Source: Barthelona sp. PCE (taxonomy: Eukaryota). Taken from it: DNA of 64,000 nucleotides. Both the position numbers and the translations under genes were made by a program. Of this stretch, positions 61,501 to 64,000 are shown piece by piece (positions within the stretch are counted from its first letter, which is position 1; each line of letters begins with the position of its first letter). Below the pieces are notes generated by a model. It worked only from the letters and a program-made list of their open reading frames with translations, had not been told where the DNA came from and searched no databases. The stretch covers positions 434,001-498,000 of the forward strand of contig JAUFOR010000008.1 of NCBI GenBank assembly GCA_040285745.1, written 5' to 3'.

Positions 61501-63997
61501 TTGGTAGATCAACTTCCAAGCTACTAGGACAAAGACGTGCATTAGAAAGCATAAGGTGAGCAATAAACTCTGTTGTACCTGATGTGTCTGTCATGTAAGA
61601 TTGTTTGGGAAAAACAGCAAACTTAACATCAGAACCATCGCTGTCTGTTACAATACTGAGTCGATCAGTCAATCTATAATTGTGTGTTGCCTCACATAGT
61701 GACTGTGGGCTCATGCTGACAGTGTAGTATAAATTATCAATGAACCTAACCAAATGTAACTCTAGAATATTATAGCAGTAATTATGAATAGATAACCCTA
61801 CTTTTTCTCTAAACTTTTCTGTTTTAACATTCAAAATAATTGGTTCATATCCAAGCTTGATCGGAGAATCCTTGGTAACATGCTTGATAGGACTGACAGT
61901 TTGGTAACTAACAGTAAAATTCGCACTAAAAGAATTTCCACTAAAATCTGAAAAGATACTTAGTCTATCAAACCTTTTATAGGCACAATACGGTACAATA
62001 ATATCCGCCTCGTACTTCTCTGTTTTTCCAATTAACTTCGTATACCCATCACCGAATGAAGCTGCCTTGTTCTCATATGTATCAACTGACTTGTGACGGA
62101 TCCAAGTTGCAATGAAATAAGGAGGCGTTTCGCTGTTCTCTGGTATGTCTATCTTGATGTTTACCTTTAACATATCATAACTGGGATTAGTTGTACCAAA
62201 ATTCTTTTTCAAACATTTTTCGTACCTATTCTTCTCATTTCCATCACAAAATGGGAACAATAGTTCAAGAGAGGCGTGTTTTGTCGTGAACAAACCCGAT
62301 GCCTGACTTATAAAAACTGAATGTTCCTGCAATGTCTTGGACACTGTACTAATGGAAACAAACTCAGACATAAATTCGGTCATAAACATACATACGGTCA
62401 CGTGGTGGTCCATCATCAGGTTCTTTGACCTCACTGTTATGTATAACTCTACGTCACTATTTGATCTGATAACATCACTTGAGATACCAATCACAAAAAT
62501 ATTATTCTCAACCGTTTTAGTGATACCACCATACACCTGTCTCTCAGTATATGAATCGATGTCATACTGTTTCAGACATGATGAATCACCCGAAATAGGC
62601 TTATCAATTCCGAATTGTATGTCAAAATCTTGGAGTAAATCGCTATCTGTGTCTTCGTATGCATCAAAACGCACTTTTATCTCTGTATACTTACTGAGAT
62701 CACCTAATTTTACCTTGAAAAGTGCTTCTTCACCAACATCATAAAAAAAACTACATTTCTCTTCATTAACTATTAGAGTTGGAATGCTGTCTAATAGAAA
62801 GCTAATAACCAAAGTTTCTGAGAACTCTTGAGCGTTATCAATCAGTAGCAGCACTGTGCTTTCTTTGTTTGCCATTGAAAAACACATGTTTAAAAAAAGA
62901 GAGTGTTCCTCTTGAAAAAGTGAAAGCTTTTTCAACTTCTTTCCTTTCTCATCCAAAAAGAAAACACTTGTGCTGGAGATGATCATTCGCTCTGTATGTG
63001 TTATATCTAGCTTTAAAAATGTGTCATATGGTCGAACAAGAGGTGGAACTACAACACGTAAAAACGCTCTACCTAACCCATCAGTTTTAATTGGATGAAC
63101 AGATACAACGTTACTAGTAAGATTCACTTGATTATTAAATGCATGCAAATCGATATCATCATCATTGAAAGCATCAAAATATAAAGAAACTCCTTCAAAA
63201 TAACTAATCAGGAAAAACCCCTCTGTCCCAAAGTACGGTAACTGATGCTGTGGGTTTTTTAATTGAAGATACTTCAGATTATTAGGTTGAGCTCGTATAT
63301 TATCAAAATAAAAGAAATCATGATAATTATTCTCAAAAACTAAATAACAACCATCACATTTAGGTTTTCGAACAAAAACTACCTTGGATTCAAACTCAAT
63401 TATGCCTTTGTCTTCCAAAATATAAGGCGAATAAGAAGTAACCTCCAATTGAACCAAATGTGTATTGTTATATGCGTAAGCCTTGAAAATACCCTGCCCT
63501 AATGCAGCACATGGAAAGATAACTGACTGGTGGGTGATACCAATGAACTCTGAGAGATGAATGGTGTCACGAACATCATGCAAATTTGGTGCTAGTAATT
63601 GCTGTACAACAATCCTTTTTGGATTGGAAAACAAACATCTTATCTCGCATACTTTTTTCGCCATTTTTTCGTCTACTGTGAATTGTTGCGCCTCCTTAAC
63701 AAGACTATACACTTCATAATCAATGCTATATCTCAAAAGTGTATTGCAGTGAACATCCCTTGTTACACCTTCACCACGCATTAATACGGTGAGGCGCAGA
63801 TCTGGAGCGTCCCCTGGAGATGTGACGTTGATGCGTGGAAATTGTTGACGAAGCTCAATCTTATCATAATTCCAAGGTGCAAAACTCACGTTATACAAAT
63901 TCGATTTCGATGATTTATGGTACTCGTGCGCCATACCATACGTCAAAAACGTCTGAAATTGAACATTATTTGGCGTATGTTCCACAGAGGGAAATAA
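55514..63997 (-). CDS. giant type-I membrane protein with juxtamembrane Cys-rich (Frizzled-CRD-like) domain, 5'-partial
   Basis: More than 2800 aa, open to the window edge. Single TM IWIYVVAFILIVSIAIGLMLVI preceded by C..C..ECVGVLQEYSC..CLEMRDKC..C, and a short cytosolic tail. Confidence 0.8.
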   Translation of the reverse strand, partial: LFPSVEHTPNNVQFQTFLTYGMAHEYHKSSKSNLYNVSFAPWNYDKIELRQQFPRINVTSPGDAPDLRLTVLMRGEGVTRDVHCNTLLRYSIDYEVYSLVKEAQQFTVDEKMAKKVCEIRCLFSNPKRIVVQQLLAPNLHDVRDTIHLSEFIGITHQSVIFPCAALGQGIFKAYAYNNTHLVQLEVTSYSPYILEDKGIIEFESKVVFVRKPKCDGCYLVFENNYHDFFYFDNIRAQPNNLKYLQLKNPQHQLPYFGTEGFFLISYFEGVSLYFDAFNDDDIDLHAFNNQVNLTSNVVSVHPIKTDGLGRAFLRVVVPPLVRPYDTFLKLDITHTERMIISSTSVFFLDEKGKKLKKLSLFQEEHSLFLNMCFSMANKESTVLLLIDNAQEFSETLVISFLLDSIPTLIVNEEKCSFFYDVGEEALFKVKLGDLSKYTEIKVRFDAYEDTDSDLLQDFDIQFGIDKPISGDSSCLKQYDIDSYTERQVYGGITKTVENNIFVIGISSDVIRSNSDVELYITVRSKNLMMDHHVTVCMFMTEFMSEFVSISTVSKTLQEHSVFISQASGLFTTKHASLELLFPFCDGNEKNRYEKCLKKNFGTTNPSYDMLKVNIKIDIPENSETPPYFIATWIRHKSVDTYENKAASFGDGYTKLIGKTEKYEADIIVPYCAYKRFDRLSIFSDFSGNSFSANFTVSYQTVSPIKHVTKDSPIKLGYEPIILNVKTEKFREKVGLSIHNYCYNILELHLVRFIDNLYYTVSMSPQSLCEATHNYRLTDRLSIVTDSDGSDVKFAVFPKQSYMTDTSGTTEFIAHLMLSNARLCPSSLEVDLPIRLVVNTETLICLLITPVLNSHDDACAISFRIRNIIADKNLPSLRVFSTLQQGFLPPGDVGPFSALFDMENSFEYPSTDSVRIIYDYSEPFWLSFRVLNNEDDGFEARNLSLYEVDVLHQSLSVFHHSEQINLTNIEPGEEISVFTLDYTTSAATFYFSEVPNNFPGARVTVTCASSPMNVIVEWKSNEEPYSTIFRMRNTFQYPSFRKDAYSFAFDVVQKLNTGPQTMRFVNSGDDHHTCLFSLTMLERQRKLETTALTHVPQYFSLNAGLLRTGFYDIEFSFNDDFFDETVLMAAIYTDTYLKWEEIAVDPIKNHVSFTNDWIYEKDELTEVTLILCLKESYGSHSMSMKSSYYDLDAAKLSVIYRENIHATVVLGLNYELKCPEKPSLFSYMKVSFRDLRFKMDKFDVSLSMGGSQYSYAFNYEFDLQHNQIQLDISYGNYYLLLINYPYYMLHDASISIECSDTVRVNVHDGTETDHLLKSVIAFELDNNNNEEIVQVFELNFEKDSNYDYSNIYYAVYDSCVGNCTYSDYNMFKPLNSTQSHIFLPLYRKHVDTKYVVLVGCFNFTICNHNLRLYIRQSPFTVQISDLSFVKESLTKKIVLRRDAFVWHVFRSTGHLTNTNVRVFSNRVVRYHTRSCAHVDPIDVSLLQRYMWQYYSDDHGLRCYKSCDHSIVSVSAEQPHDFAGVNKPGVCPFGHIDSDGEEHAFCEAVWFSFEDFGIFDVSQDEITVEVQFFNDSIISNTIVTTQMIDRGRFTIASNTDASLIFHYSTQYPPVLYIDTLGFDCIVPKHRLSYIRNEMLTATSFNSSKKYVPTSSGFLANVHVNETEFTEIEVEIQHNFRAPAYTIRFDRNYVLILTRRIDFVFILDFRGAALFTMSLPSRTSKCTVLVKLNGEILFPVIPMFDIDSQVALYGDTGDMWVFEFIPSGPCDSLPITYSFKEKTEVKVLQIGQLVDCIGNTCLLEFDTAHLLPIESLRLMFLRHQFEDKQNSDFTVQISVQDFCDSQDGRTPFFVYGGKSTSCEVIHSIRSTQNLEDFSVYPSLKLIREQFDYITGSDAGIEKKIYMLVSNIKFHFDKFNYFVRDFYNIKEEYFWNANNAFYPLVYYFSNIPGYVFIVRLKLDNNHLDHIYFVACTNVYNIDQFLSIYNSDIFTKQNKYIQQDRSVKCYIGYQATLQKNFDRTDPRNDAGKMKNRLVFSIREGFFSHADQVSIYLLVDDDVNSQISFKYSVQVRSSLGEINPVKENYIFVELEQFRTRKFHLKDFYNPLGLYNLFVDIDDNDQLNWSLNITDKVFDQSTKQLQLACIDPDEYIGFFAYQCWPKRIDADSDYNRFFSQSDDFCYLRLSILPSNDMLLLSGKRARTDILALHVKSDFDAFQRITYIIDLVDISSDTINLFFHEKFPGLDVETCHRHNYAALTTKILNDVIFVTMIADQVGLYFTVDGAMNAHVNRVGNNISKIDEKDHVQPMYVSSHITDVFPSMGDSCDILSYNFANIMNHGVLKAFHKDPNVEYYDITYFTNESLVPNKPKEWKGSLKTVEMCVSNNKCDVTVFWSVCSKTEKANVLSLKVNFEYKEFNEIDKINAGEGSFSMDSQEVALLPIEFGKDLCHIVTVECEGDCNDNVMMLTLDDDTDQRFEKTSLSLTEQVGFTGYAFCRTQSEVFKLKKALYFTNTPCQVNVSTIKTERESSGNTNWLESLNWSMELIEIKPQSGYTVSLKGKGSAVVTLIPMNSAFTHRTIDNRGIFQLVVKECDGLCFERTVGQKMSDTYAIVVFFKGSFKISMEDSQSIVLPSVIRKDLCGTILERLQKYQIKHLEVLNVTHNFFSFDQGIESVINRKDALKELIMSVRGCPIVSEECVGVLQEYSCLIEFKPLTYKNYFSALPKFLCLEMRDKCHGVNEMLGLDCNSSAFVQYDLVLMKASEIWIYVVAFILIVSIAIGLMLVIRKHKDLMVLRMLAEEKHTEKLSTRQRFTDYVDQLDEPLLLDDFE

Positions 63998-64000
63998 ATT

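Noticed and set aside
1-64000. Alternative genetic code (TAA/TAG = Gln as in hexamitids)
   Set aside because: Conserved genes (DPH5, psuG, AGL, pepD, Rab) end at TAA at their expected C-termini, and long ORFs have no internal TAR apart from one case.

Overview
Gene-dense, AT-rich, intron-poor eukaryotic nuclear DNA read with the standard genetic code. Flagellar genes (CFAP298, a CFAP97-like gene), two short GT-AG introns with the branch point fixed 12 nt from the 3' end, and convergent genes separated by only 1-21 nt suggest a flagellated metamonad-like protist (inference). About 28 protein genes are present. Housekeeping genes: aminopeptidase P, DPH5, PsuG, eIF4E, AMPK-beta, nucleoside hydrolase, Exo84, glycogen debranching enzyme, Atg18, a Rab, Rrp3, HID1, PepD, a very large TAF1-like protein and ADAT3. 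There are also three large surface/membrane proteins. The most unusual locus is 16.07-20.85 kb: a single reading frame broken by one TAA encodes a propeller-like/coiled-coil/kinase/HECT-like/RBR-RING2 protein. It is bracketed by ~100-bp degenerate inverted repeats nested inside ~45-bp direct repeats, and one inverted-repeat copy encodes a small YPxL/PPPY peptide. Other notable items: eIF4E lacks the eIF4G-binding Trp, ADAT3 lacks its canonical Zn ligands, the longer intron folds into a stem-loop, and one surface-protein paralogue has a 1-nt frameshift. I recognised no rRNA, tRNA, CRISPR array or transposase. All family calls come from motif recognition by eye, not database searches.
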